A DNA stretch of 64,000 nucleotides from Stylophora pistillata. Its lineage: Eukaryota. Under the pieces are notes generated by a model that was given only the letters and a program-made list of their open reading frames with translations, was not told the origin of the DNA and did no database searches. Both the position numbers and the translations under genes were made by a program. Of this stretch, positions 23,748-35,550 are shown piece by piece. The DNA lies in contig NW_019218064.1 in assembly GCF_002571385.2 (NCBI RefSeq), forward strand, positions 240,414-304,413, given 5' to 3'. Position 1 is the first letter of the stretch. Every line of letters begins with the position of its first letter.

Positions 23748-23890
23748 CGCTCCGACGAAGGGCTAACGCTCGAAACGTCAGCTTTTGTAATCATTACGGT
23801 GGCCAATTTACCATTTCAACTTTGTTGGTATATCCAAATTATTTCATTACTCCCACCGACGCAGCCCCAAACAGTTTCTTTCGAAACTAT
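23748..23890 (+). mobile_element. Penelope-like terminal repeat fragment carrying a minimal hammerhead ribozyme-like motif (23749-23782)
   Basis: GCT-CCGACGA-A-GGGC-TAAC-GCTC-GAAA-CGTC-AGC: CUGANGA-like core (U4>C), stem II, GAAA, GUC site and short stem I GCT/AGC. Confidence 0.7.
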
Positions 23891-24044
23891 CAGCCTTTAA
23901 ACAACTTAAACCTTCTTGCCAGTCGAGGGCAGTTAAAAGATTTTGTCTTTTTTTCTCTTTTTTGTTTATCTATAAAAGTGGCTTTAAATACTGACACGGC
24001 AACAGTGTTGTCGTAATAACATTATTACGTTTCTACCAGCGTTT

Positions 24045-24405
24045 ATGTTTAAGCCCGAGGGGGATGGGGACCCCGAGAAAAAGTTTAGTTAAAATTCCAA
24101 CCCTCAGGCCCTTAGAAATGAGTAAAAACAGATCAAAAGTTGAAAATGATATCCGTTAAATAAACAGATTTGTTGTGTTTGATACGTGACTGGTTAATAT
24201 GATTTTCCAAGTTTTGAGAATTTTATTGCGTGTTTTCCAGGATGGCCCCATAGAGCACTTGTGATTTGACAGCATTCCTCCTTGAAAAAAAAAAACAATC
24301 TTCCCTATCCTGGGGCCCAGACTTTTAATCAAATTTCTGAGGGAAATAGAGATCAAGGGTTCCACGTATGCGAGAGGTCCCTTCTCCTCCCTTGGGCTAA
24401 AAATT
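24045..24405. mobile_element. MITE-like element with imperfect terminal inverted repeats
   Basis: TTTAAGCCCGAGGGGGATGGGGACC at left versus GGTCCCTTCTCCTCCCTTGGGCTAAAA at right. Confidence 0.55.
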
Positions 24406-24894
24406 GATGGATGCATCACATGAAAATTGACAGTGGCAGCCCATAAATTTTACAACGACTTATAGATTCTATAAAACGTGTGCCGATCATTTCTTCCAGA
24501 AAACGTGCCCAATCCTTTCTATCAAAACAGTTTAAAATTTTTTTACATCGCACCTTTTAATGCCAAAAAAAAAATGAATATATGAAAAAACTTTCAGTTA
24601 TTAGATATGCTAGCTATTTTAGTTATGAATTGAGTTCTCTGCGCTTAAGAATTGAACTGTCCCATGCGACGCCATGAAGAAGACTGCAGAGCTGTTTATT
24701 ATTAAATCTTGGATTGAGAAGACCATTCACTTTATATTCCTTGATGACCACATTACGAAGTTAAGATGCAAATTTCATGTCTTGTTTTTCTTTTGATAGG
24801 GTCTAAACGTGAGTCTTTAAAAAGAATCCGAAAGCTGCCTAGGTAATCTTGCTTGTTTTTCACACTTTCAAGGAAAATAAAAAACATCATGATT

Positions 24895-24957
24895 TTTATT
24901 ATCAACGTTATTATCATTGTTATAATCATTATTATTATTGTTATCATTATTATTGAT
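24895..24957. repeat. Imperfect (ATT/ATC/GTT)n microsatellite
   Basis: Seen directly; it explains the low-complexity ORFs 24753-24968 and 24868-25119. Confidence 0.85.
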
Positions 24958-25473
24958 ATCTCTTTCATATATGATATGTTGTATGAGGCCCAGAGTTGAT
25001 CTTACATCGAGATCGACCAAAGTGAGACGCATGCTTGCTCCGTAGCCGAGTGGCAATAATTTAAATGTTTTTTTTTTTTCTCTGTTTTTGTTTTCATTGG
25101 TCCCAAGCCAATGTCGCACTAATGATCACATAACACTTTAAAACATACTTGGAAAGGATGCATCAATAAAACGAGGGCGAGAAAAAAAAAAAAACATTTA
25201 CACTCCTATTATATTACCCTTGTCGCGACCAATTTGTCTTGCCGACAATTCTGGGATCGTTGTAAGCTTGAATGTTGAACTTAGCTAACTACACGATGTT
25301 GTCAAACAAAGGACGTTTGCAAAATATCAGTTTGTAATCACTGTGCTGATTTACGTAGATAAAATGAATTGCATGTAAATCAACAACTGTTTAGGAAGCG
25401 ATTTATTACTTTTTATAAAATGCACACCAGATGAACATAAATAAACCGAAGGACAAGCCCAAGGGCATTCACG

Positions 25474-25692
25474 TCAACAATTCGTTTCGGAAAAATTCCG
25501 AAGTACATCGTGTAGCGCTGAAGGCTTTAATGTCTCCGAGATCATTCTTGTATCATTGATAGAGCATGCATTTTCAAATTTAATTAGAGGATTAAAACAG
25601 TGTTTGTGAGCATTTTCGAGTGGAAGTTCCTTTGCCATCCCAAGCATATCGAACAGGATAGTTGTGTAAAAGCATTGGTCGACTCGGTCCTG
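25474..25692 (-). pseudogene. Out-of-frame remnant of the GPCR-4 C-terminal tail, ending SETNC-stop
   Basis: Hand translation gives QDRVDQCFYTTILFDMLGMAKELPLENAHKHCFNPLIKFENACSINDTRMISETLKPSALHDVLRNFSETNC*, which aligns with the GPCR-5 end ETLSKPGAHHFFEELRESSC*. Confidence 0.8.
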
Positions 25693-25781
25693 CTACATTT
25701 AGAGAAAATCATACAATTTACACTTCATAACATGGATGCTTTCTGATACGTTTTTTAGTAGATTGGAAAATATTTGTTGAT

Positions 25782-26921
25782 TCATAATGCAGGCCCTATT
25801 GCTCTGTCACTTGTGTAATCCCGAAGTGCAAAAGATTTCGCAGGATCTGGGTTTGAACTATGTAAATTGGCGTTCCTACTGACTTTGCGTACACATTTCC
25901 TAGTTTCGTTGCTAATCTTTCTCAAGGGCTTTATGGTAGTGCGGCCAATCCTTGCAAACCCAGACCTGAATTCCTTGTTTTTCAAGGCATAAATGAACGG
26001 ATTTAACACACTATTAGCGTAAGTAAAAAGACGACACACTACAGAAATGTAATGAAAAAATCTTTCGTCTGCGCCATTTCCAAAGTCCACCCAAAGCCAG
26101 AGAACTTGGTTCGGGAACATGCTGATGGCGAAGACAACCACAACAAGAACGAACATCTTTGCCAAGCGAATGTTTTGCTCTTTCCTTTTAAACTCAATAC
26201 TTTTATTACTAAAGGTGGATGACTGTCTTTTGAAGGAGTTTTTACTTTGTGTATCTGTGGAGAACAGTCTCTCAGTACTTTCCCGCAAACTGCGATGTAT
26301 GAGAGAGTATGTTACAGACATTGTCATCAAAGGTAAGGCGTACTGGAACAGAAACAGCACAACTGTGTACGCTTGTCTGTGGCAAAAACTTGGCCAGCTC
26401 TCGTCCCAAGAGTTTTCTTTATCAGTGAGATCCAAAGCGATGAAATAAGGAACACACAAGCCAATTGAAAAAGCCTGAATAGAGGATACGATGAGCAACA
26501 TCCTCTTCATCGAGAGACGTTTTGCAAACGGGTTCAAGAGAGTTCTGAGCCTATCTAAGCTGACAACTGCGAGGGTCAGTGAGGAGGAAGTTGAAAACGC
26601 CGTCTGGAATGGCCACAGAACTTTGCAAAAAGCTCTTCCAAATGGCCAAATGTAGTTCGTTTCTTCTAGCGCCAAATCAAACGGAATGCTCAGAGCTGGT
26701 GTGATGAGGTCGCATAATGCTAAGTTCAGAATCAACAGATTTGCTGGTGTCCTTTTCTCTTTTGCCCTCAAGATGACAGCTACGACCAAACTGTTGCCGA
26801 TACCACTTAAAACGAAGATTAAAACGTACAGTAAAACCTTTACCACTCGAAACTCTAGATATTCCAAGTTGGATACTTCATCAGACATATTACTCTCTCT
26901 TGCGCTTTCATTTACAGCCAT
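25782..26921 (-). CDS. GPCR-4: class A GPCR, 379 aa as read; likely decaying (ECL2 Cys>Trp, C-tail truncated by frameshift)
   Basis: GN, NLALCD, SLDRL, MFPNQVLWLWVDFG and NPFIY; first ATG 26921 (MAVNES). An ancestral-looking C-terminus lies out of frame at 25474-25692. Confidence 0.88.
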   Translation of the reverse strand: MAVNESARESNMSDEVSNLEYLEFRVVKVLLYVLIFVLSGIGNSLVVAVILRAKEKRTPANLLILNLALCDLITPALSIPFDLALEETNYIWPFGRAFCKVLWPFQTAFSTSSSLTLAVVSLDRLRTLLNPFAKRLSMKRMLLIVSSIQAFSIGLCVPYFIALDLTDKENSWDESWPSFCHRQAYTVVLFLFQYALPLMTMSVTYSLIHRSLRESTERLFSTDTQSKNSFKRQSSTFSNKSIEFKRKEQNIRLAKMFVLVVVVFAISMFPNQVLWLWVDFGNGADERFFHYISVVCRLFTYANSVLNPFIYALKNKEFRSGFARIGRTTIKPLRKISNETRKCVRKVSRNANLHSSNPDPAKSFALRDYTSDRAIGPAL

Positions 26922-29900
26922 TTTCAAATGATCCACTGGAAAAAAAATGTTGCAGTTGTGGTTGCTACGTGTCCTTTTTTGAGTTAATGAGACAATTAAG
27001 AAAGACTGCCAATCGACGCGACGCGTGATCGCTGTTCGCTACTAAAGGTTCTGATGGAACAACAAGAGACTTGCAATTTAAATTCATAGTCTATTCATGG
27101 TCTCGGTGATTGCCCACCGACGCATGTAGCAGTCATGTCCGTACCTTGAGATCGCTAAACGTAACATGCTTAATTAAATCAATTAACTTTATACGGTCGT
27201 TGTTCCTGTAGTACACAAAAACCACACAGTTGCTATTTTTAGAACAGACAGGTGCCAATACAAAAATACAAAGAGATGTAAACAATGCTTAAACAACAAA
27301 GAGATCTCAACAAACAGAAAAACAGATTAGCAGAAAGTGGCCCTCCAAACAATTTGGTGGCGAAGGAAGGAAAGTTCTGCTCAGTTGCTTTTACAATTAA
27401 AGATGAATCAACAAATAATTAAAGAGCACTAAAAACGTCACTTGTCTGAAAAGTACGTGGGGGACATCTTTAAGGCGGCTTTTGTAGACTCATCACAGAT
27501 CATCACTTACACTTTAATTAAAACATCAACAAGTTTCCGCACCATTGGGACAAAAGGAAGGCGAGCCTCTTAAAGTCACGTAAATGATTGATTTGTTTAT
27601 CGCTGACTAATGAAAAGATAAATGAATTAAGCGTAATACCTGACGAAGTAATTTCCAATCATTTGGTAGACGTTATTGTCATTAGTGTCAAGGATTTTAT
27701 TCATTTCGGCCTAATGCGGTTAGTATATGTCGGTGGAATTGACTTTCAAGGTCATGTAAGCATAAGTTTTGTTTTGTTTTTCTCAATATTTGCGATGAGT
27801 AATTTACAAAATAAATGTAAAATTCTTGGCTTTGATAGAAATGTTTTTGAAAATGATGGTAATTGTTGGTTTGTTGTTAAATAAAGCTATTTTGAGCGAC
27901 TATCTTCTATCAAACACTGATAGTAAATGAAAAGGGCCCACTTCGCATTTTTGCCGGCAAGGATCCTAGTCATTTCCTCATTTGCGTAACATCCAGATAC
28001 GTTTTAAATAACAATGATTCACCTCGAAAATTAATTAAGCCTATTTCAAGAAAATTAGTAACACGTACGGACAATTCCACGCCATATTTGGCAAAGGGGC
28101 ACAATGACTGGCCTAACCTCAAGACAGCACTGCAACCAAACAGGAATACGACTCATAGTTATTTTTATTACGAGATTAACAAAAAGCTTCACTCAAAGGC
28201 CTTTTCAGCGCTGTGGTAAGCTAACCATAAGAAGCTTATGCTCCAGCATTACAGAATAGGTAATATTCATTTGAATTGTTAATAATACCCTAACTCATGG
28301 CATCTGTCGGATGCTTTTAAGCTTTTAATATTACAATAATTCTTTAAATAGCTTGGACTACTTTGAAGGGTTTGGCAACCGATCGAACTCAGGTTGTCAA
28401 ATTTTCAGCCCCGTATTTCACATACATCGGCTGACAGAAAGTCAGTGGACTGAGGTCACGTCTGAGGCAAGTCGGTTTCTCTTGTGTCAAGTCATGAATC
28501 TACCACAACAAAAATTGAAGGAAAGTTATCTTTGGAATCCACATAACACCGCCCAGTTATTTTCCTTCTAGATTATTATGTCGAAGCTATTCTATTGTCA
28601 TGCTATATACTTGATGATGAAAGTTTCCTAAAACTTCAGTAGATTTCCCACACCGGCGGACACAGAGGCTCTCGAGCGTGGGTTTTACTTACAGCCCTCT
28701 TTCGGACACAGCTTTTTATTACACAATTCCGGTCACTTATGGAAAACATTATCGAAACTCCCCCGTGGTTTTCGCAAGCGAACATTGAATATTGTGTGCA
28801 TAGCACACCGAAATGTTTCTTAGTGAAGCTCAGTTGACAAAATATCCGATCACCGTGACGAATTCGTCTGGCTGAGGTTCGAAAACCTACAAGGGACTCA
28901 CAATTTTCTGGTATTACAACAAACATTTGATACCGTCATTCCGTCAAAAGGTATTAGATATTTCACAATTGCTAATCATAAGCAAACAATCTTTTTCCAC
29001 TGCTCACGTGTAAGTATAGGCGGTAGTCTGGCTTTTACTGAAACCCTTGGGAAACTGTCCCACACGCGCCAAAGTTCAGCTATGTCGAAACTGTCCAGTA
29101 TAAGGAAAGAGTTTCAAAAGGAAAATAGTAAATTTTGACCACGGCCATTTAATATGAATGTATTAAGAATTTGTAACAACTGGTAGACAGAAAATGTAGA
29201 TGAAATTGAAATACGTAATTCAAGAACCCGTAAGTAGGGAAGTTTAATAATTTCAATCGATCAACTGCAAAGTCGTGTTCAGAGGCGTTATGGTAATGTC
29301 TTATTTAATTTGTGTGGTCAATTACGATTGAGCATTAGAAAACTTCATTTTGGTTCAGCTACAAGAAGAGAAGCGAAATCAGTGTTGGCTTTCAAGGAAA
29401 GTAGCGACTTTCAAAATTCCATGTTAATTCTAGCGCTCTTCTCTCAGGAGGAGTTACATTAGCACAAGCCAATCAGAGCATAAGAAACGTCACTAAGAGC
29501 CAATGAAAATTCATCGTAAAAACAAGCAAACTGTTTAGAGCATCGTGCGAGTTTTTTTTGGACAAATCACAGTACGAAGTAAAGCAAAAATAATGCAATC
29601 TTTGATTACTCTCGATCCTAAATAGATGTAGACTTTGTGAATTTATAGTGACTTCAGAAATGGCTGGGCTACCACCTCGCACGCCCCGAGCATAAAAGTG
29701 GTTCTAAAAAATGTTCAAATCGAATTTAAAGGTTTGGTATCAGCCAGCTAAAGCTCTCCACATTTCCTCCTCGGAAATCCACCTTTAATCTTCCGTATAT
29801 CTTCTTTGTGCCTTCATCTTGACACATGTCTGTTCAGTTAGCGATGAAAAGGAAATAATCATTATAGTGTCCTAATGAAACTGAAGCCGTTCACGTAAAT

Positions 29901-30339
29901 CCATGGTGAGGCGCGGCGGAGGAAAGACGAGGGAGTTTAGATACAGGCATGATCTAAAAAATGGGCATGTTTCACCTCTCCCCTGTCGCTTATTCTGTAA
30001 ATTCCAGGCTTGCCTGTTTCTCCTCACGCTTTCTTACACTCCTTAGGAAGGAGAAGCACCCCCAGACCTCAAAAAACGAATTTCACTTAGTAAATTACAC
30101 CTTGAAACCACTTTAAATTTTTTTAACCAATCTAGCCAATTTAATTAGTTGATGGTGCGACAGGACGTAACATCATAATGTATTGATAAAACGCAGCTGA
30201 AAGCAAAGTAAGCTAATGATCATTTTTGCAGATGAGCTCTAATTCCAGCAAATATGTTTTATAGCTGTAGCGTGAAAGACTTTCTGGTTCAATTTGATCC
30301 GAAGCTCTGACCTCCAGAGACAACGACAGATCATAGATA

Positions 30340-30428
30340 GCACCACAGCTCAGTTGAGAGATCACTACATGTGACCTACATGTGACCCACATGTGACCTA
30401 AGGTCACAGGCTCGAGTCCTGGTGAAAT
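30340..30428 (+). repeat. Degenerate tRNA-like head with internal triplicated ACATGTGACC
   Basis: AGCTCAGTTGAGAG (A box-like), then (ACATGTGACC.)x3, then GGCTCGAGTCC (B box-like). Confidence 0.5.
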
Positions 30429-30764
30429 CACTTATGGATGTAATTCAAATTTTTTACCCCCTAATAATAAATGAAACCGACATCGCATCAAGGCTGTCAC
30501 GACATTTTCAACATTAACTTAATTAGAAAAGAAGCTGTTAGAAAATAGTTCTACACGTCAGACAACACAAGAAAGAAAAAATAAACTGAAAGGTGGATCG
30601 ACATGGTTTTCAAACGACAGATTTAAATCGGCTCTTTTAGTTTTTCGAGCTGTGCCTACCATTATAATTTAATTCCTTTGTCTAAGATAAGGCGTGGGAT
30701 TGGAAAGACAATTCTTTCACTATCGAGGGGAATGTTGTAACAGATAAGGCAATAAATATCAAAG

Positions 30765-30950
30765 CGATCTCCGTAGTAACGAACACTACTCGAGCAGTGG
30801 TAAAAAAAAAAAAAAAATCCACGAAAAAAAATTCAGGGGATACACTGTACTGAATACTGAACCCATGACCTCTGCGTTACCGGTGCAGCGCTCTGCAAGT
30901 TTAGCTAACAAGCCAACTGGGAGTTGGTCAATGTGATGGTTCGTAATATT
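30765..30950 (-). repeat. Second copy of the tRNA-Thr-like repeat, just 3' of GPCR-5
   Basis: Reverse complement reads TATTACGAAC...ACTCCCAGTTGGCTTGTTAGCT...AGAGCGCTGCACCGGTAACGCAGAGGTCATGGGTTCA, matching 2245-2340. Confidence 0.75.
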
Positions 30951-31007
30951 TTCACTACAGCTCAAGTTGTATTAGCACTGCCGTATGGGTTTTCACTCGC
31001 ACTGCCG

Positions 31008-32270
31008 TCAACATGAGCTTTCGCGAAGTTCTTCGAAGAAATGGTGCGCTCCAGGTTTTGAGAGGGTCTCGAGCAGCAATACCTCGTCTGAAGCTTCCAC
31101 GGAATTATAATTCTTGGCTCCTCTCGAATAGGTAGTAACATCTTTGCTGACGACGACATTTTGAATGGATGTTAGTGTATGGACATCGGCTGTGTCTGGG
31201 ATGAGCCCACTGGCACTCCTGCTGACCTTTTTAAGAACAAACTTCCTTGTCTCAGTGCTTATCTTTCTTAAGGGCTTCATACCAGCGCGACCAATCCTTG
31301 CAAATCCAGACCTAAATTCTTTGCTTTTCAGAGCATAGATGAACGGATTTAAAACACTGTTGGCGTAGGTGAACAGACGACACATCACAGAAATGTAATG
31401 AAACAGTCTGTTCTCCGCACCACGTCCAAAGTCTACCCAAAGCCAGAAGAATTGATTAGGTGACATGCCTATTGCAAATACCACTACAACGATGACGAAA
31501 ATTTTTGCCAAGTGAATGTTCTGTTCCCTGCGTTTCAATTCGCTTTCTTCTTTGCTTGAAGTCGAGTTGTTGCTGATGGTGTGATGTTGATGTCTATAAC
31601 TTCTTGTGCTCTCGGAAAAAAGCATTGTCACATTCGAACGTAAGCTTCGATAAATAAGCAGGTATGATACAGACATGGTTGTTAAAGGAAGAGCAAATTG
31701 AAACAGAAATAGCACAATGGTATAAACTTGGCTGTAGCCCGGTGGCCAAGTTTCTGTGCACGACTTTGGAGAGCTTTTGTATTGCAAAGTAATGAAATAA
31801 GGGATGCATAAAATAGTAGAGAAAACGTGAATTGCCACAACGGTCTTCACAATTCGCATAGATGATGGACGTTCACTCAAAGGCCTCGCAAGAGCTCTAA
31901 ATCTGTCCAAACTAATAACTGCCAAAGTTAAGGACGATGATGTCGAAAGCGCCGTCTGAAATGGCCACAGAATTTTGCACATCACTCTGCCGAACGGCCA
32001 CGCTTGGTTAAGCTCTTCCAAAGCCAAATCAAATGGAATGCTTAGAGCGGGTGTGAAGAGGTCGCAAAAAGCCAAATTCAGGACCAGAAGGTTTGGGGTC
32101 GTTCTCATTCCTGTGGCTCCAAGGATTACAATGGCCACTAAACTGTTTCCGATGCAACTTAAAATAAAAATTGCAACGTAAAGTGCTATCTTGACAGCAT
32201 GGAACTCCACGGATTCGGAAGCAATGGCATCGTTATTTCTCCCATCCAGACTGGTATTGTTGATTAACAT
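31008..32270 (-). CDS. GPCR-5: class A GPCR, 420 aa from first ATG, ends RESSC; closest paralog of GPCR-4
   Basis: GN, NLAFCD, SLDRF, C-TETWP, MSPNQFFWLWVDFG and NPFIY. Shares FHYISV.CRLFTYANSVLNPFIYALK.KEFRSGFARIGR with GPCR-4. Confidence 0.96.
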   Translation of the reverse strand: MLINNTSLDGRNNDAIASESVEFHAVKIALYVAIFILSCIGNSLVAIVILGATGMRTTPNLLVLNLAFCDLFTPALSIPFDLALEELNQAWPFGRVMCKILWPFQTALSTSSSLTLAVISLDRFRALARPLSERPSSMRIVKTVVAIHVFSTILCIPYFITLQYKSSPKSCTETWPPGYSQVYTIVLFLFQFALPLTTMSVSYLLIYRSLRSNVTMLFSESTRSYRHQHHTISNNSTSSKEESELKRREQNIHLAKIFVIVVVVFAIGMSPNQFFWLWVDFGRGAENRLFHYISVMCRLFTYANSVLNPFIYALKSKEFRSGFARIGRAGMKPLRKISTETRKFVLKKVSRSASGLIPDTADVHTLTSIQNVVVSKDVTTYSRGAKNYNSVEASDEVLLLETLSKPGAHHFFEELRESSC

Positions 32271-32584
32271 TTTCAAGCGACGTCTCCTCTAGTCACCAAT
32301 CTGCCCTCGCCTTTTCCGTGGGAAGCACTTGCCCAGAGTTTGCGTGATTTCAGTGAAATCTGTGATTCAAATCAACACCATACACAATTGGTTTTCATGA
32401 TGCAAACGTGACCATGGATATGAAAATATACATTTATATTACTCTCTATGTCGAACTCATCAATTGATGATCGAAAGCGTTAATCAGCCATGAACTTAAA
32501 CTACAAGAAACGCCGCTCGTCGAAGTCATTTGGGAAATTAAAACCACCTTGTATCCATCGTGATAATTCGTGGGAATCCGGCTG

Positions 32585-33310
32585 GAATTTAAAGATACTA
32601 CATACAATCTTCTGGCTTAAAATAGCTGGAACAAGAGTAATTGCTAACTGAAAGAGGTTCTAGAACCTTATCCATGTAAAATTGACTTTTTCTGGTGTAG
32701 CAGTGGATTGAATTCATCGAGGCCGCGAAATCCAGTAATGCTCTGACCTTTTTAAAGAATTTTTGCGAGAATCGGCGCCCTTCAACGGATCATTTTGGGA
32801 AATAAAAACCACGTTATTTCCATAGCGACAATTCATAGGGGTCCTTAAAAAAGCATTATGAAATTTAAAGCGGTTACTTCATACAATCTTCAGCTTTAAT
32901 GTAGCCACAACACACCCAATTGTAAATTGAAAGAGGCTCTAGAACTATTCATTTAACATGCAATTATAATTTTCTGCAGTGACAGTCAATTGATTTCATT
33001 AACGCTGCAAAATCCAGTAATACTCTTACTCTTTTGAGAATTTTGACAAGAATTGCGTCCCATCAAGGTCATTTTGGGAAATCAAAACCACGTTATTTGC
33101 ATTGCGACAATTCACGGGGGTCCTTAAAAGAGCATTATGAAATCTAAAGATCTTTAATGAAATTTTCCGATTTAAAATAGCTACGGCAATCTTAGTTGCA
33201 AGTTGAATGAGGTGAGAACCTAATTCATTTAACATGGACTTGCTCTGCGGTGACAGTACAAGTTGAATTTTTGAAGGCTGCGAAAGCCATTGATGTTCCT
33301 ACCTTTTTAT
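32585..33310. repeat. About 280-bp tandem unit, roughly 2.5 diverged copies, upstream of GPCR-5
   Basis: CATACAATCTTC...TGAAAGAGG.TCTAGAAC...AAATCCAGTAAT...TCATTTTGGGAAAT.AAAACCACGTTATTT.CAT.GCGACAATTCA..GGGGTCCTTAAAA.AGCATTATGAAAT repeats at about 32600 and 32880, with a partial third copy at about 33170. Confidence 0.9.
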
Positions 33311-35187
33311 TTGTAATGAGCATCTGGTAGAAAGAAAAGTGCGAATTTACGGGACATTTGATTCGTGCATATATTCCATTCACTTAAAATTAAAGTAAAG
33401 AAGGTAATAAGTAGTGAAAAAACTCTTAAACGAACATTTTGGTTTTAAGTTTAACACTTCTGCTCTCGGATGCAAAAATGAATGAGCAGTATTGAAGTAA
33501 CACGGACCGTGTGCTCTTTTTTTGTCATGCTCAGCGGAGGTTCAAGTAGATTGGGAGCGTTATAACTGCAAGAATTTAACTAGAATACAAACCTATTAAT
33601 GAAGCCTTCGCTGAGTTAACTAAATGAAACAATGAATCATTACTTTTTCCCTGCAGTTATTTCATAAAGGAGGGACCGCAGGAAAGAGTTTAGAATGCTC
33701 TTAGTGCCCTCTATTAACTATGTACTAACAGAGAGCTAAGGTTGACGGGACATATTTTTTTTTTAGGACTGAAAAGTTTTTGATGGATCGACTCTGTGCT
33801 CAAATGGGAGAAACCAGCTATAGTAAATGGTTAAAAAATTAAATTAACGGCAAAGATCAAAGAATCAACATTGAGTCTGTGGCTGTTTCATAGACAAGTT
33901 CTGTCCGACAAGTAGTATTTTTCAATTGTCCTTAATTGCAGCCGAACTATCGGCCTTGAAAATTCGTCGGCCCAGGGGCCCGAGGCCTTCAGCGGATATG
34001 AGTTTCTGTTCCGGCGTCAAATTTAAAGAGCAAAGGTATTCAACACCCCAGTGGAAGCAGTGTGGAAATTGCTTTTTTTTTTTTTTTTGGAGACTTGTGC
34101 AAAAAAAACAACAACAACAACAACAACAAAAAACGGCTCATGCAACCCGGAATGATTTTCCTCGTTTTAGCTGTGTAAAGACTTGTTTTTCCTTTCTTGC
34201 CACCAAAATTTTCGGTAGAATTCTTTTCTTGTTACAATATCAGATTGACTAGAAGTTTCGGAGAGTGTAAATAAGCTACAAACACTACAAACCTTAAATA
34301 TTTCCCTTTAGCGGGATCAAAGCGAGTGGTTCCGATTGGGAAAGATAAAGCCATCTTCCCATTTCTGATGGCCAATCAGAGAGAGGCTTCCTATATTCTG
34401 ACTTCCTTGCTTCAAAACTTCTTTGTTAAAAACCTTAAGACAGTTTATGTTTACATGTTCATGGCTCAATTGACAAATATTACCACATGTTTTCCTTTCA
34501 GCAATATCATGTTCACACCTCAAGCACCAATTTGGTGTTGTTGCCATGCGGTACTTTTCTATTTTACCTCAACGAGATCCACTAGTCATTTTATTTCTGC
34601 CACAGAGGACGAGAAAGTCTTCCACGTTTCACATTTTGTTCCACTAAGCGTCGTGAATTCACTATTAGTTTTCAATAACACGATAACTTTTTCCACCCGC
34701 TGGGAGAGGTATCTTTATTTAATTGAGCTATCGGACATCTTGGTTGAAGGAATATCATCTAATCATTAGAGTCATTTTTCATTCAGCTAATCAGTTGCAG
34801 AGTGATACCCTAGATGTCACTGAAGACCTGTTACCTTTCTAGAAGCCCATGATGCAGATATTTGAAACAGTTTTTCTTGGTCTGATACGACTAAAATGAT
34901 TTGGACTAGTCAAACCTGCGATATCTTCTAGGACCAAGACAGAGAGTGCAAGCCTTATTTCAAGTATTTGTTTCTTTTTAAAAAAAAAACTGATTTGTGA
35001 TCATAATAGAATTTTTAAACAGGGAAACTTTGAGAATCATCAATTTTGAATCAATTACTTTGCTAGAATTACAAAAAACTGTGCATTTGTCTGCACCATT
35101 GTCTCCCTCCTATTATTTTCTCGCTATTTTCTCCTGGAGCTGCCTGCTTTATCTTCCTTACAAATTTCATTTTGCTAATTTCAGCTT

Positions 35188-35550
35188 ATTAGTTTTTTCA
35201 TATCTTGACGAGGATCAAGGAAGGAAACCAATCTTTAGACAGCGAACATTACAAAGGAATGCGCATCTGATCCAATATACATTTCGGAATTTCTGAGCGT
35301 AAGCTTTGAGTATCGCGCCCAGATACCCGTTCTTTAAAAACTCGCGATATCTGCAGTTTCATCCTCTATCGGAAAGGGTTTCCTTGTCTCTATCGATTCT
35401 GCCTTGGGTGATCGAAATCTAGATGGGTCTGTCGTCCATCAAAGATGACACAACTGTCCCAGATGTTAGTTTTTTCATATCATGACGAGGATCAAATAAA
35501 GAGGCCAGTCCTTAGACGGCGAACATTGCAAAGAAATTCGCTTCTGGCCT
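35188..35550 (+). repeat. About 85-bp direct repeat (35188-35270, 35466-35548) flanking a segment also present at 41593-41695
   Basis: TTAGTTTTTTCATATC.TGACGAGGATCAA...TTAGAC.GCGAACATT.CAAAG.AAT occurs twice. ATCCTCTATCG.AAAGGGTTTCC...TCTCTATCGATTCTGC occurs at 35361 and 41593. Confidence 0.8.
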
